64,000 nt of DNA, from the IMG/VR virus record IMGVR_UViG_3300045988_143923; one strand, 5' to 3'. The position numbers were made by a program, and so were the translations under genes. The notes under the pieces were generated by a model that was not told the DNA's origin, did not search any database, and worked only from the letters and a program-made list of their open reading frames with translations. This document shows positions 28,781 through 37,166 of this stretch, piece by piece. Source of the DNA: a virus. The stretch's first letter is position 1. Every line of letters begins with the position of its first letter.

Positions 28781-29360
28781 CTTCACCCTCCTTTCCGAAA
28801 AGGCCGTAGACGAGGTTGTCTGCTGTGGAATCATCCAGTGTGCCGGACAGCAGTGCCTTCGCAGTATCAACATCAATGCCGGTAATCACATTCTTCAGAC
28901 CACTCATCAGGTCAGTCGCCGCGTCTGCGATACGGTCAAACGGGTTAGACTGGGTCATTGCCTGCATCAGTACCAACTCGGTATCAATCGCGGCGTTAAT
29001 CTGCTTGTAACAAGCCTCTTCCAGCTCAGCCAGTTTATCCTCGCCGATAACCTCTGCAATCAGAGTATAGATATCGGTCTTGTACAGCAGAGCAGCTTCA
29101 AAGCCACCATCCAGTGAGATATGCAGGTCAGTGCAAATCTTCACGACAGCGGAGCGGAAAGCCCAGTCAACCAGACCAAAATTGCGGCCGTCACCGTCAT
29201 CAATATGCTGGCCGACCTCATTTACAATAGTCGCACGCATCTTCGGGGTAATCAGCGGCTTAATCTTGATTGGAATAATGGTCTCGCCGATAGTGAGATC
29301 CTTGGTTACAGACTCTACATACGGAGTCAGAGCCGCCATAATATCAGTCTTCTTGGACAT
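28695..29360 (-). CDS. hypothetical acidic protein
   Basis: 221-aa ORF whose 3' end overlaps the integrase start. A tail-chaperone role is possible from position only. Confidence 0.5.
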   Translation of the reverse strand: MSKKTDIMAALTPYVESVTKDLTIGETIIPIKIKPLITPKMRATIVNEVGQHIDDGDGRNFGLVDWAFRSAVVKICTDLHISLDGGFEAALLYKTDIYTLIAEVIGEDKLAELEEACYKQINAAIDTELVLMQAMTQSNPFDRIADAATDLMSGLKNVITGIDVDTAKALLSGTLDDSTADNLVYGLFGKEGEDGTPDTDEQADLSGADEADKSGEHSVDE

Positions 29361-29844
29361 TTTTCTTTTGTTCCTCCAAATTTTTAAGATACGCCAACGC
29401 GATGCAAAGCGCGTCAGCTTCGTCCGTTTCCACGGACAAGTTATAGGTTTCGCGAATCAGGTCGATAGCCTGTTGTTTCAGATTTTCGCGAGTGACGCGC
29501 CCTTGCTTAAAGCCGAGCACCTTGCGCCACTGGGTAGGCAGGTAAATCGTTACGGGAACCTGAAAAATGTGACAGTATCCCAGAATGACACCCTGCAGTC
29601 GGGCAAGAACAATAAGCGCCTGCGCCGACTTCATGTACATAACATCCTCGACAACCACTTGGTCGGGCTTGTATTTTGTGATGACATCACGGATAGCAAG
29701 ACACATCTCCGTAAAGCGTATACTGCCGTCTTTCTGGCTGTGCAAGTCGATCATTCCGTGACGGACATATTTACCGTCATCAAAAACAGCCCAGCCGGTT
29801 ATCAAGGTTGATTGGTCAAAACTTAATACGCGCATTGGATTCAC
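29344..29844 (-). CDS. ruvC: RuvC-like Holliday junction resolvase
   Basis: 166 aa with RuvC motifs: VLSFDQST, VVVEDV, ETDEADALCIA. Confidence 0.8.
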   Translation of the reverse strand: MNPMRVLSFDQSTLITGWAVFDDGKYVRHGMIDLHSQKDGSIRFTEMCLAIRDVITKYKPDQVVVEDVMYMKSAQALIVLARLQGVILGYCHIFQVPVTIYLPTQWRKVLGFKQGRVTRENLKQQAIDLIRETYNLSVETDEADALCIALAYLKNLEEQKKNVQED

Positions 29845-30674
29845 TCAACCTTATCCAATACACGCGCAATGACCGCTGCGAGTTCCTCTCGGGTTACAGC
29901 AGCCTTTGGTCGGAACTTCCCGTTCGCGTCTCCCTGCATAATGCCGGATACAACCATCTTCTCAACACAGGGTCGTGCCCAGATTGCAATCTCGTTCTGG
30001 TCGGCCAGCTTCGCGAGCGGGTCTTCTTTCAGATATACACAGAACACATTGTCAACCGGTCGGTTTTCAATCGGCGTATTCATAACCTTGTTCTCGTGCA
30101 TCTTGCGAACAGAGCCGCCGCCATCGAGGTTCATCGCATACTGGGCATCGTATTCAACGAAGATTTTCGCCATCTCGGCAAACTTCATGCCCGGTTTGTC
30201 TACCGTCAGGATGAGAAGCGTTCCATCCTCACGAACACCCACCGCCGAGCGCAAGGTTAAATAATTGAGGCTGGAAGCATTGCCGTAAACGGTATTTACC
30301 TTGCCGTTAATGACGAGCATAGGGTAGGCAGTCATGAAATACTTCCACTTCTGCGCCTTGTCAGTTCCGTATACCAGTTTTGCCGGGTCACCGCCAAGCA
30401 CACCCATACCTGTAAATCCATTCTGGTAGTTCTGTTCCTCGCCGTCGCAGACAAAGGACATAACGTTATGCCCGGTAGACATATTGAAAAGACCGCCGTT
30501 AATCATAATCTGCGGTTTCTTTTTCTTGCTGGAATAGTAACTGCCGAGTGTCTCTTTCGGGTCGGCGCATTTTTCAAAAGCCACAGCCTCAATCGAGCTG
30601 TGCGGCACGATGTCAAGCTGTGTGTAGCTGTTGATCTTTACCGTCTGAAACGGTTTATGATCGATTAAAGCCAT
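29841..30674 (-). CDS. phosphodiester glycosidase-like (DUF2233/NAGPA) protein with C-terminal SLH domain
   Basis: 277 aa. Central NLDGGGS motif region. The C-terminal WARPCVEKMVVSGIMQGDANGKFRPKAAVTREELAAVIARVL is an S-layer homology repeat. Confidence 0.65.
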   Translation of the reverse strand: MALIDHKPFQTVKINSYTQLDIVPHSSIEAVAFEKCADPKETLGSYYSSKKKKPQIMINGGLFNMSTGHNVMSFVCDGEEQNYQNGFTGMGVLGGDPAKLVYGTDKAQKWKYFMTAYPMLVINGKVNTVYGNASSLNYLTLRSAVGVREDGTLLILTVDKPGMKFAEMAKIFVEYDAQYAMNLDGGGSVRKMHENKVMNTPIENRPVDNVFCVYLKEDPLAKLADQNEIAIWARPCVEKMVVSGIMQGDANGKFRPKAAVTREELAAVIARVLDKVE

Positions 30675-30744
30675 TCGCGTTCGCCTCCATTCAAAAAATT
30701 TTCGTTTTATTTGCGAAATGTAAAGAAACCGAGGACAAAAACGG

Positions 30745-31026
30745 TCATTCCTCGGTTAATACACTCACATCCGCGTCATATACATCCTCAGCAGGACGCG
30801 AATCCTCATAGGTGATGGTCGGAGTCTCCGCGATAACGGGAGTTTCTACGACCGGTTCCTTCGCCGCAGCTTCAGCGGCTTTGCGTGCGCGAACAGTGTC
30901 TACCCAGATATTCCAGCATTCGGGCGAGCATGCTACAGCACGCCAGCTGCCGATCTGTTCACACTTCTCGCAATGGTGATACTTTTTACCGCAGACTTTG
31001 CAGACTGCGTTCAGATATTCAGCCAT
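30745..31026 (-). CDS. small zinc-ribbon protein
   Basis: 93 aa. CKVCGKKYHHCEKC plus CSPEC, with an Ala/Glu/Pro-rich tail. Confidence 0.55.
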   Translation of the reverse strand: MAEYLNAVCKVCGKKYHHCEKCEQIGSWRAVACSPECWNIWVDTVRARKAAEAAAKEPVVETPVIAETPTITYEDSRPAEDVYDADVSVLTEE

Positions 31027-31050
31027 AATAGTTTCCTTTCTTATTTAATG

Positions 31051-31126
31051 TGGCACGAGTGCTTCGAGTCGAACGAAGATCGGAGAATTTTGGAGATTCC
31101 CAGTTTCCCAATTAGCCTACACTCGC
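31051..31126 (-). tRNA. tRNA-Trp (anticodon CCA)
   Basis: Manual cloverleaf. Acceptor GCGAGUG/CACUCGU, anticodon stem GGAAU/AUUCU, loop CUCCAAA, T-arm CUUCG-UUCGACU-CGAAG, discriminator G, encoded CCA. Confidence 0.8.
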
Positions 31127-31129
31127 ATG

Positions 31130-31222
31130 TGGCAGAGATGGTTGGATTCGAACCAACGAGCGAGAGCGTTACCTCTCTTGGCGGAGTCAAATTCCGCTGC
31201 CTTACCGCTTGGCCACACCTCT
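31130..31222 (-). tRNA. class II-shaped tRNA with apparent UUG anticodon (isotype ambiguous)
   Basis: Manual fold. Acceptor AGAGGUG/CAUCUCU, 3-bp D stem GCC/GGC, anticodon stem GCGGA/UCCGC with loop AUUUGAC, a roughly 23-nt variable arm (GAGAG-GUAACG-CUCUC), T-arm GUUGG-UUCGAAU-CCAAC, discriminator G73, encoded CCA. Confidence 0.65.
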
Positions 31223-31224
31223 GT

Positions 31225-31252
31225 ATAAAAAGGGAGGCTCGAAAGCCTCCCG
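31225..31252 (-). terminator. rho-independent terminator after the major tail gene
   Basis: In the minus sense, GGGAGGCT-TTCG-AGCCTCCC followed by TTTTT, 15 nt after the stop at 31267. Confidence 0.7.
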
Positions 31253-31266
31253 ATGAATCAGATAAC

Positions 31267-32070
31267 TTAGGCTACCAGATAGATGTTCCAGAGGGTCTTG
31301 TCCTTGGCACATACGTCGGTCAGAGTCTTAGCGCTGAACGCATGAACAGCCGGCTCGTCACCGATATCCAGAGTGTAGTTGCCGTCGATCTTAGCCTTCG
31401 GAATCTCGAGGATTGCATGGTGCTTGATGTTCTCGTCGCACTTCTCAGCAACAGTGCAGTCAACCAGAATGCGTGCATTCTTAGAGAAGTTGTCTGCGAT
31501 GTTGGAAATCTTGCGGCCCTCGGTGATCTCGTGGTCATAAGCAACGTAGATCTCGGAACCCTTCTTCAGATCATCAGCTGCGAAGGTGATGGTCTTCTCT
31601 GCAGCATTAACAGTGAAGGACTTGCCCTTAACCGGAGTCTCAGCAACAACAGTGTACTCAGCACCCTGCGTGCCATCGCTTGCAACCAGCCAGATGCGCT
31701 TAACCTCAGCACCCTCAACGCCTACCGGAACGTAGGACAGCTTAGCGGTGGTGTCGGTGTCCAGCTCAACGCGCTCGAAGTTCGGAACCTGAATCTTGTT
31801 GTCCTCAGATGCCTCTTCAATGTCAGTACCAGCCTGAGCAGCCAGCAGACCAGCTACGAGGAATGCGTTGTTCCAAGTAATCGTTGCAGCCTTGTTACGG
31901 TCGAGGGAAGCGAGCAGCATGCCCATCTTACCGGTAACATCGCTGGAATCAACGGTGTTTTCCAGAGAACCATCCTTAATCTGGTCGCACAGTGCATACA
32001 GCTCACCGGTGGTGATGTCGTAGATAGACGCCAGGTCGAAGGACTCCAGAAGGAAATTCTCCATATTCAT
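31267..32070 (-). CDS. major tail protein
   Basis: Start refined to MNMENFLL after the RBS AAAGGAAGAG. About 267 aa and beta-rich. Position and strong expression signals (RBS, terminator) fit a major tail protein. Confidence 0.6.
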   Translation of the reverse strand: MNMENFLLESFDLASIYDITTGELYALCDQIKDGSLENTVDSSDVTGKMGMLLASLDRNKAATITWNNAFLVAGLLAAQAGTDIEEASEDNKIQVPNFERVELDTDTTAKLSYVPVGVEGAEVKRIWLVASDGTQGAEYTVVAETPVKGKSFTVNAAEKTITFAADDLKKGSEIYVAYDHEITEGRKISNIADNFSKNARILVDCTVAEKCDENIKHHAILEIPKAKIDGNYTLDIGDEPAVHAFSAKTLTDVCAKDKTLWNIYLVA

Positions 32071-32114
32071 AGTGTGTCTCTTCCTTTCTTTAGTGTAAGT
32101 TAGTAAAGGAAACC

Positions 32115-32840
32115 TCAACTCAGGTTCCCTAACCAATTCAGAGCGTCATCGCTGATGCTCTTTTTATCCAACGTGCCGGCATACAATCCGGCCGTCAGTT
32201 GCCTTGCTTCGGTGATTTTCTGTGTTCGCTTTAAGCTGTCATAAAACACAAAAATCCGCACATCCCAAACCGTATCGGGGTTGTATTTGAACCCCTCATG
32301 GTTGCAGAGTGCGGAAATCAAAGGGAACAGGACAGATTCAAAGTGCGGGTGGCGGCGAGCGTACTTTGCAGCACGTCTCTCCTTGGCCAGCATATATTCT
32401 CTGTCATGCTCGGTTACCGTCTTGACGATCTTCTTCGTCATGGAGTGCATCTGACGAATGAATGACGTGATCTGTTGATAGATCGCGTTATCAACGACGG
32501 ATTGTGTTTTAGGATTGTATAAGCGAAGCTGACCGTCCTGTGGGTTGAGCTGCGGCTCATAAGCAGACAAGTCTAAATCTCCGAGTAAAATACGGGTATC
32601 ATCTGGTGTTAAGTTGCGAGTGAGCATCAAGAACAGTTGAAAGTCCGTGATCTCCTCGTATCGGATACCCATGTCATCAAGTGCCACCATAAAGTCGCTC
32701 GGCGAACCACAGATAGCGGAAAGCATCTGAAAATAACGCTCTTCGCCAAAATCTGCAATCTCTCCGAGTGTCGGCTGCCGCACTTGGATTAAGTCATTGA
32801 TGACCAAAGGGTCGCCTCGGTACATTTTCAGGTCATTCAA
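32115..32840 (-). CDS. head-tail joining/tail completion module protein
   Basis: 241-aa ORF, translationally coupled with its upstream neighbour through a 4-nt overlap. Confidence 0.5.
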   Translation of the reverse strand: MNDLKMYRGDPLVINDLIQVRQPTLGEIADFGEERYFQMLSAICGSPSDFMVALDDMGIRYEEITDFQLFLMLTRNLTPDDTRILLGDLDLSAYEPQLNPQDGQLRLYNPKTQSVVDNAIYQQITSFIRQMHSMTKKIVKTVTEHDREYMLAKERRAAKYARRHPHFESVLFPLISALCNHEGFKYNPDTVWDVRIFVFYDSLKRTQKITEARQLTAGLYAGTLDKKSISDDALNWLGNLS

Positions 32841-33340
32841 TGAATATTGGCCTGCCCATTCTTCAGGTCATTGCCGCGAATTGCGGTAAACTGCAATGTT
32901 CTGAAATAGTATTGCTGAGCAGACATAACGCCCTCCTGCTCATTTACGAGTTTCAAACGGAACATGCCGAGGCTGCGGTTCCAGTTGAGCGTTTCGGAAA
33001 TATCTCCGGCGAGAATATCGGTGCGCGTACCTTTCTGTCCTTTTACCTGCATATTGGTAATCGGGCAAAAGGCAGTCACCGTTACAAGTAGCTGCTTGAA
33101 TCGGTCGTTCTCCAGCGGGCCATTGGAGTCAATGGTCACACCAATGAAGGTGCCAACCTCTTCCTGAATATTAGCCAGCTTTACATACGGGAAAATACAA
33201 ACCCATTCAGCGGTATCTGGGCAGTCAGGGTCAACCTGCTCGTTGTCCAGAATTTCAATGATTTCAGGATTGGAATACAGCAGCTTGATGATCTCTCGCT
33301 TGAGCTTCGTTACTTCGGACTGCTTGTCTCCGTTTCTCAC
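32837..33340 (-). CDS. head-tail module protein
   Basis: 167-aa ORF with 4-nt overlaps on both sides. Confidence 0.5.
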   Translation of the reverse strand: MRNGDKQSEVTKLKREIIKLLYSNPEIIEILDNEQVDPDCPDTAEWVCIFPYVKLANIQEEVGTFIGVTIDSNGPLENDRFKQLLVTVTAFCPITNMQVKGQKGTRTDILAGDISETLNWNRSLGMFRLKLVNEQEGVMSAQQYYFRTLQFTAIRGNDLKNGQANIH

Positions 33341-34359
33341 GAAACCACCTCCACATCCAGACTTCCTTCAATATCGCCATGCTTAGCGATAAGCTGAACC
33401 ACTACGCCTTGCAATTCGACAAAATCCATAGCCGCCAGACGAGCGAAAGCGCCGCTCGGTGTCAATGTGAATTTGTCCATCAGTACGCCGTCCACAGCAA
33501 TACTCCACTCAAACTCAGCATCAAGAATCTCATTATCCGCGCTGTCATACAGATGTGCGGTGAACTTCTTAGCTGAACCGCCTTGACGAATCGTTGCGTT
33601 GCCATTATAGGTGAACGTAATTTTTCCGTCATCGGCAGGAGATGGTGTCGGGTCTGGCATTTGCGCCGGTTCAACATAATCGCAAAGGAGCAAGTCCTTG
33701 CGGTCGGTCTTGGGGTTGTAAAGGTCTTGTGTTACGTTGAGCACCAAGAATCCGCGAATCTCGCCGCTCTGGTAAGAACGCGCGGTAATGGTATCGACAG
33801 CAGTAACCTTGTACGTTTTCGGGCTTTCACCGATGATTTCGAGCATGAATCGCTTGTCTACGTCGATAAGAGAGGTCTCTTCGTCGAACGTAACCTGAAT
33901 CTTGTACTCACGACTGGAAACTGTGAGCGGCTTTGCCTCATCCAGATTGGAGTAATACGGCTTTTCGGCCGTAACCCAACGGCGAAGAATCTCGCCGGTA
34001 TGGCGATTCTGCCAGATAAGCTCGCGGTTACAGAGCTGCATAATGCCCTTGGTGTATACTTCTTTGTTCTGATCAACTTCTGTGATCAGCCACTTGGCAT
34101 TAAGTGCATCTACCACATCGCCCGCATAAAAGGTTTCGCCCGGATAGGCGTAGATACGGCGGGTGTTGGTAACGCTCTTGTTTTTTGCCACAATTAGTTC
34201 TTGTTGTTTTCCATTGACCTTCGCTTCCGGCTGATAATCAATCGAATCTTTGAAGTGATTTGCAAAGTCCTTTTGAAGAGCAGCGATACGCGAGTCTTTG
34301 GCGTAAGTGGCTTCTTTGCCGAAACAAATCCAACGGTTTTTTTCCAGCGCGTTCATCAA
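33337..34359 (-). CDS. head-tail module protein with Ig-like C-terminal region
   Basis: 340-aa ORF. The C-terminal roughly 100 aa are beta-rich (KITFTYNGNATIRQGGSAKKFTAHLYD...). Confidence 0.5.
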   Translation of the reverse strand: MMNALEKNRWICFGKEATYAKDSRIAALQKDFANHFKDSIDYQPEAKVNGKQQELIVAKNKSVTNTRRIYAYPGETFYAGDVVDALNAKWLITEVDQNKEVYTKGIMQLCNRELIWQNRHTGEILRRWVTAEKPYYSNLDEAKPLTVSSREYKIQVTFDEETSLIDVDKRFMLEIIGESPKTYKVTAVDTITARSYQSGEIRGFLVLNVTQDLYNPKTDRKDLLLCDYVEPAQMPDPTPSPADDGKITFTYNGNATIRQGGSAKKFTAHLYDSADNEILDAEFEWSIAVDGVLMDKFTLTPSGAFARLAAMDFVELQGVVVQLIAKHGDIEGSLDVEVVS

Positions 34360-34871
34360 CTTTCCTCCGTTTCGTAGGAGGTATAGTCAATACTGCGCTG
34401 TTTGCCGGTCGTTCGGTCTCTGCGAGCATAACGGTCGAGCTTAACCTTGTTCTCCTCTACGACCGTATTGTACATAGCCATAAAGGTCTTTCGGTCATTA
34501 GCAGGGGAGAATACCTGAAGGTCGCTCGGCGTATATTGGTGCTGGAATGCACGGAGCTTGGAAACATCTCGCTTCAGATAGCCCTCATACATCAGGTTGG
34601 CGAGAAGGTCGATTTCGAAGAGAGTTAAGTCAGCAGTGAAAAACTCCTTTTGTTTGCGCCCTTCGCCTTCCGTATAGGTGTCAGTGAAGTCGATTTCAGC
34701 ATCGCATTCCATCTGCATTCTGATTGCGGCGTCGCGGAGCAGAGCTTTTGCTCGCTGAATGGCAAGCATGTAACTCTCTTCATCAGTCGCTTCATAGTAG
34801 TTGAAAAAGTCACGATCTTCTTCAATCAAGTCGAAGAAAACATCATAGACAGATTCACAAGGAGTAGACAT
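34356..34871 (-). CDS. head-tail connector/adaptor candidate
   Basis: 171-aa acidic ORF immediately downstream of the capsid module. Confidence 0.45.
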   Translation of the reverse strand: MSTPCESVYDVFFDLIEEDRDFFNYYEATDEESYMLAIQRAKALLRDAAIRMQMECDAEIDFTDTYTEGEGRKQKEFFTADLTLFEIDLLANLMYEGYLKRDVSKLRAFQHQYTPSDLQVFSPANDRKTFMAMYNTVVEENKVKLDRYARRDRTTGKQRSIDYTSYETEES

Positions 34872-34892
34872 TGGGCGTACACCTCCTCGTGT

Positions 34893-35558
34893 TTACTCAG
34901 CGTCGGTCTTCGCAGCCGGAGCAGCTTTCTTGCGGGTGGTCTGCTTCTTCGGTGCGGGCGCAGTCGCAGTCTGCGATGCAGTCTGCATAGCCGCCAGCTG
35001 TGCCTGGAGTGCAGCCATCTGTTCCATCATCGCCGTAATGCGCGGGTCTTCGTCCTGCTTTGCGCGTTCCTTCGCCTTGCCAAGATTGATCTCAGAGTTG
35101 CGGACGCCACGGTTGATCTCATCATAACGCTGGTTGATAATATCGATCATGCGGTTGGAGATTTCCGCACCATCATCGTTCTGCAGAGCAACCATATGAC
35201 TGCGAACACGATGAATCTCCGCAACATCGGCAATCTTCACGAACCGCGCCGCTGCATCCATATCGTTTTCACGAATAATGCGGTCGATCTCTTCATCGAA
35301 GAGAACCGTGTCCTTCCAGTTGTCGAGATAAAGCGCATGATAAATATCATCTCGCTCTTTCTCATCAAACTGAACACGACCATTGCGGAACACCGGTGTG
35401 CGCGAGTTGATGTATTCCACATCAGAGAATGGCATCGTCAGAACCGTTGGAACCCCACGGCTGCCTTCCAGATAATACTCTCGAAACTGACCGGGAAGGT
35501 TGATAGAACTGATGCTGTGGTTAAATACCTTTACTGGGGTATCTGCTTTGTAATTCAA
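34893..35558 (-). CDS. capsid-module protein of unknown function
   Basis: 221 aa with an Ala/Gln/Lys-rich basic C-terminal tail. Confidence 0.5.
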   Translation of the reverse strand: MNYKADTPVKVFNHSISSINLPGQFREYYLEGSRGVPTVLTMPFSDVEYINSRTPVFRNGRVQFDEKERDDIYHALYLDNWKDTVLFDEEIDRIIRENDMDAAARFVKIADVAEIHRVRSHMVALQNDDGAEISNRMIDIINQRYDEINRGVRNSEINLGKAKERAKQDEDPRITAMMEQMAALQAQLAAMQTASQTATAPAPKKQTTRKKAAPAAKTDAE

Positions 35559-35620
35559 GATTTAGTCTCCTTAGATTTATTTTTGGGCGGACTATTGCCC
35601 GCCCGAACACCAAAGGTGGA

Positions 35621-36622
35621 TTACTTAGCGTAAACTACCTTGGCTGCCTTAGAAATGTCGGTGATGACAGAACCGAACGAGTAGCCAGAAACCTTGATGT
35701 GAATCTGTTCGTTGTTGATGTCGGTCTCCTGCAGAGTGCGGGTCTCGCCACGAGTGATGACCTTGCCGATCTTGCCAGCAGCAGCGAACAGGCGCTTGTC
35801 AGGAATAATGAAGTTGCCGTTAGCCAGCTTCTTCACACCAGACAGACCGAACAGACGGCAACCAGCGTACAGTTCAAACTTGCCGAGCTTGTTGTACTGG
35901 TTCTTCACCTCGTTGGACAAACCGGTTACTGCAGACGGCAGTTTGGTCAGGCCAACAATGTACTTGTTCTGACCAAAGATAGCCGGGGTTTCACCATTCT
36001 CAGCAACATCCATTAGGTAGGTTGCCAGATTGCGAGAAACCGTATCAGACGGAACAGCCTCAGCCTCGTTGAATACGTTGTCGCCGTCAGCCAGAGCCTT
36101 GTCGATAACGTTGATGATGCGAGCAACGCGCTCCAACTCAAATGCCTCGTTGATGTAGGCGATCAGATTAGCGACGGTCTTGTAGCCGCCGCGACGGATG
36201 TCCTCCAGCTTCAGAGAGGTCTCAGCCTGCAGAGAGCAGAAAGTCGGCTTCAGGACCTTGTGGTCAATGAAAGAACGCGGTACGTTGCCGCCGGTGATTG
36301 CGTCATATACCTCGATGGTGTTCTTCGGGTCAACGGTTACACGGTAATCATCAAACTCGCCGATAGAATCGGTGTCGAACAGCATATCGATCAGCTCGGA
36401 CGGAGCAGAAACGGTCTCTGGAGTGAAGGTCTTGGTAATCAGAGCGGACAGCTCGTGATCCTTGTCATAGCCGGTCTTGCCCAGCTCCTTTACCCAAGCG
36501 TCGGTAACTGCGGAGATTTCCTTGTCCTCAGCGGACAGCTCAGCCGGGGAATACTTTACAGCATTAGCCCAGTCCAGAACACGGCCAGACTGATCCATAA
36601 TTGCACTGATTTCAGTGTTCAT
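35621..36622 (-). CDS. major capsid protein
   Basis: Start refined to MNTEISAIMDQ after the RBS GAAAGGAAG. About 333 aa. It follows the scaffold-like and decoration-like genes. Confidence 0.65.
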   Translation of the reverse strand: MNTEISAIMDQSGRVLDWANAVKYSPAELSAEDKEISAVTDAWVKELGKTGYDKDHELSALITKTFTPETVSAPSELIDMLFDTDSIGEFDDYRVTVDPKNTIEVYDAITGGNVPRSFIDHKVLKPTFCSLQAETSLKLEDIRRGGYKTVANLIAYINEAFELERVARIINVIDKALADGDNVFNEAEAVPSDTVSRNLATYLMDVAENGETPAIFGQNKYIVGLTKLPSAVTGLSNEVKNQYNKLGKFELYAGCRLFGLSGVKKLANGNFIIPDKRLFAAAGKIGKVITRGETRTLQETDINNEQIHIKVSGYSFGSVITDISKAAKVVYAK

Positions 36623-36694
36623 GTGTATCTTCCTTTCTTCGAAAAATAGAAAAGAGGAGTACAAGACTCCTCAAATGTAGTTGGTTTACAGGGT

Positions 36695-37141
36695 TTACGC
36701 GACGGTAGAAACCTCTACGCGCACGATCTTGCCCATCTTGATACCGGTCGGATCAGAGTAGATGCCGCGGTACTCGTAAGCGTACTGACCAGCAGTTGCC
36801 TTTACGAACTTGCCGTCCTTAGCCTGCAGCTTGTCGCCAGCCTGCAGGGTCTCGGTGTCCAGCTCGGAAGTAGCATACATCTCGCCCGGCAGGGTCTGGA
36901 TAACGCGAACGCGCTCGCCAGCTTCAGCCTTCTCGAACTCGCCGTCGGTCGGCTCAACGATAGAGTAGATGCCCTCGTACTTTGCGTTTACGTCGCACAG
37001 CTTGGTGCCAAGACCTTCTGCGGTTGCCTTTACGGTCTGGTCCTCAGAGTCAACGTCTACCGGCGCGCCCTTCTTAACAACTGCGGAAGTCAGAAGCAGC
37101 TCAACGGGCTTGCCCTGTACAGTTTCAAGCTCTCGAATCAT
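36695..37141 (-). CDS. head decoration/cement-like protein
   Basis: Start refined to MIRELETV. About 148 aa and beta-rich, lying between the scaffold and the capsid gene. Confidence 0.4.
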   Translation of the reverse strand: MIRELETVQGKPVELLLTSAVVKKGAPVDVDSEDQTVKATAEGLGTKLCDVNAKYEGIYSIVEPTDGEFEKAEAGERVRVIQTLPGEMYATSELDTETLQAGDKLQAKDGKFVKATAGQYAYEYRGIYSDPTGIKMGKIVRVEVSTVA

Positions 37142-37166
37142 GTCAATTTCTCCTTTTCTTTTGATT

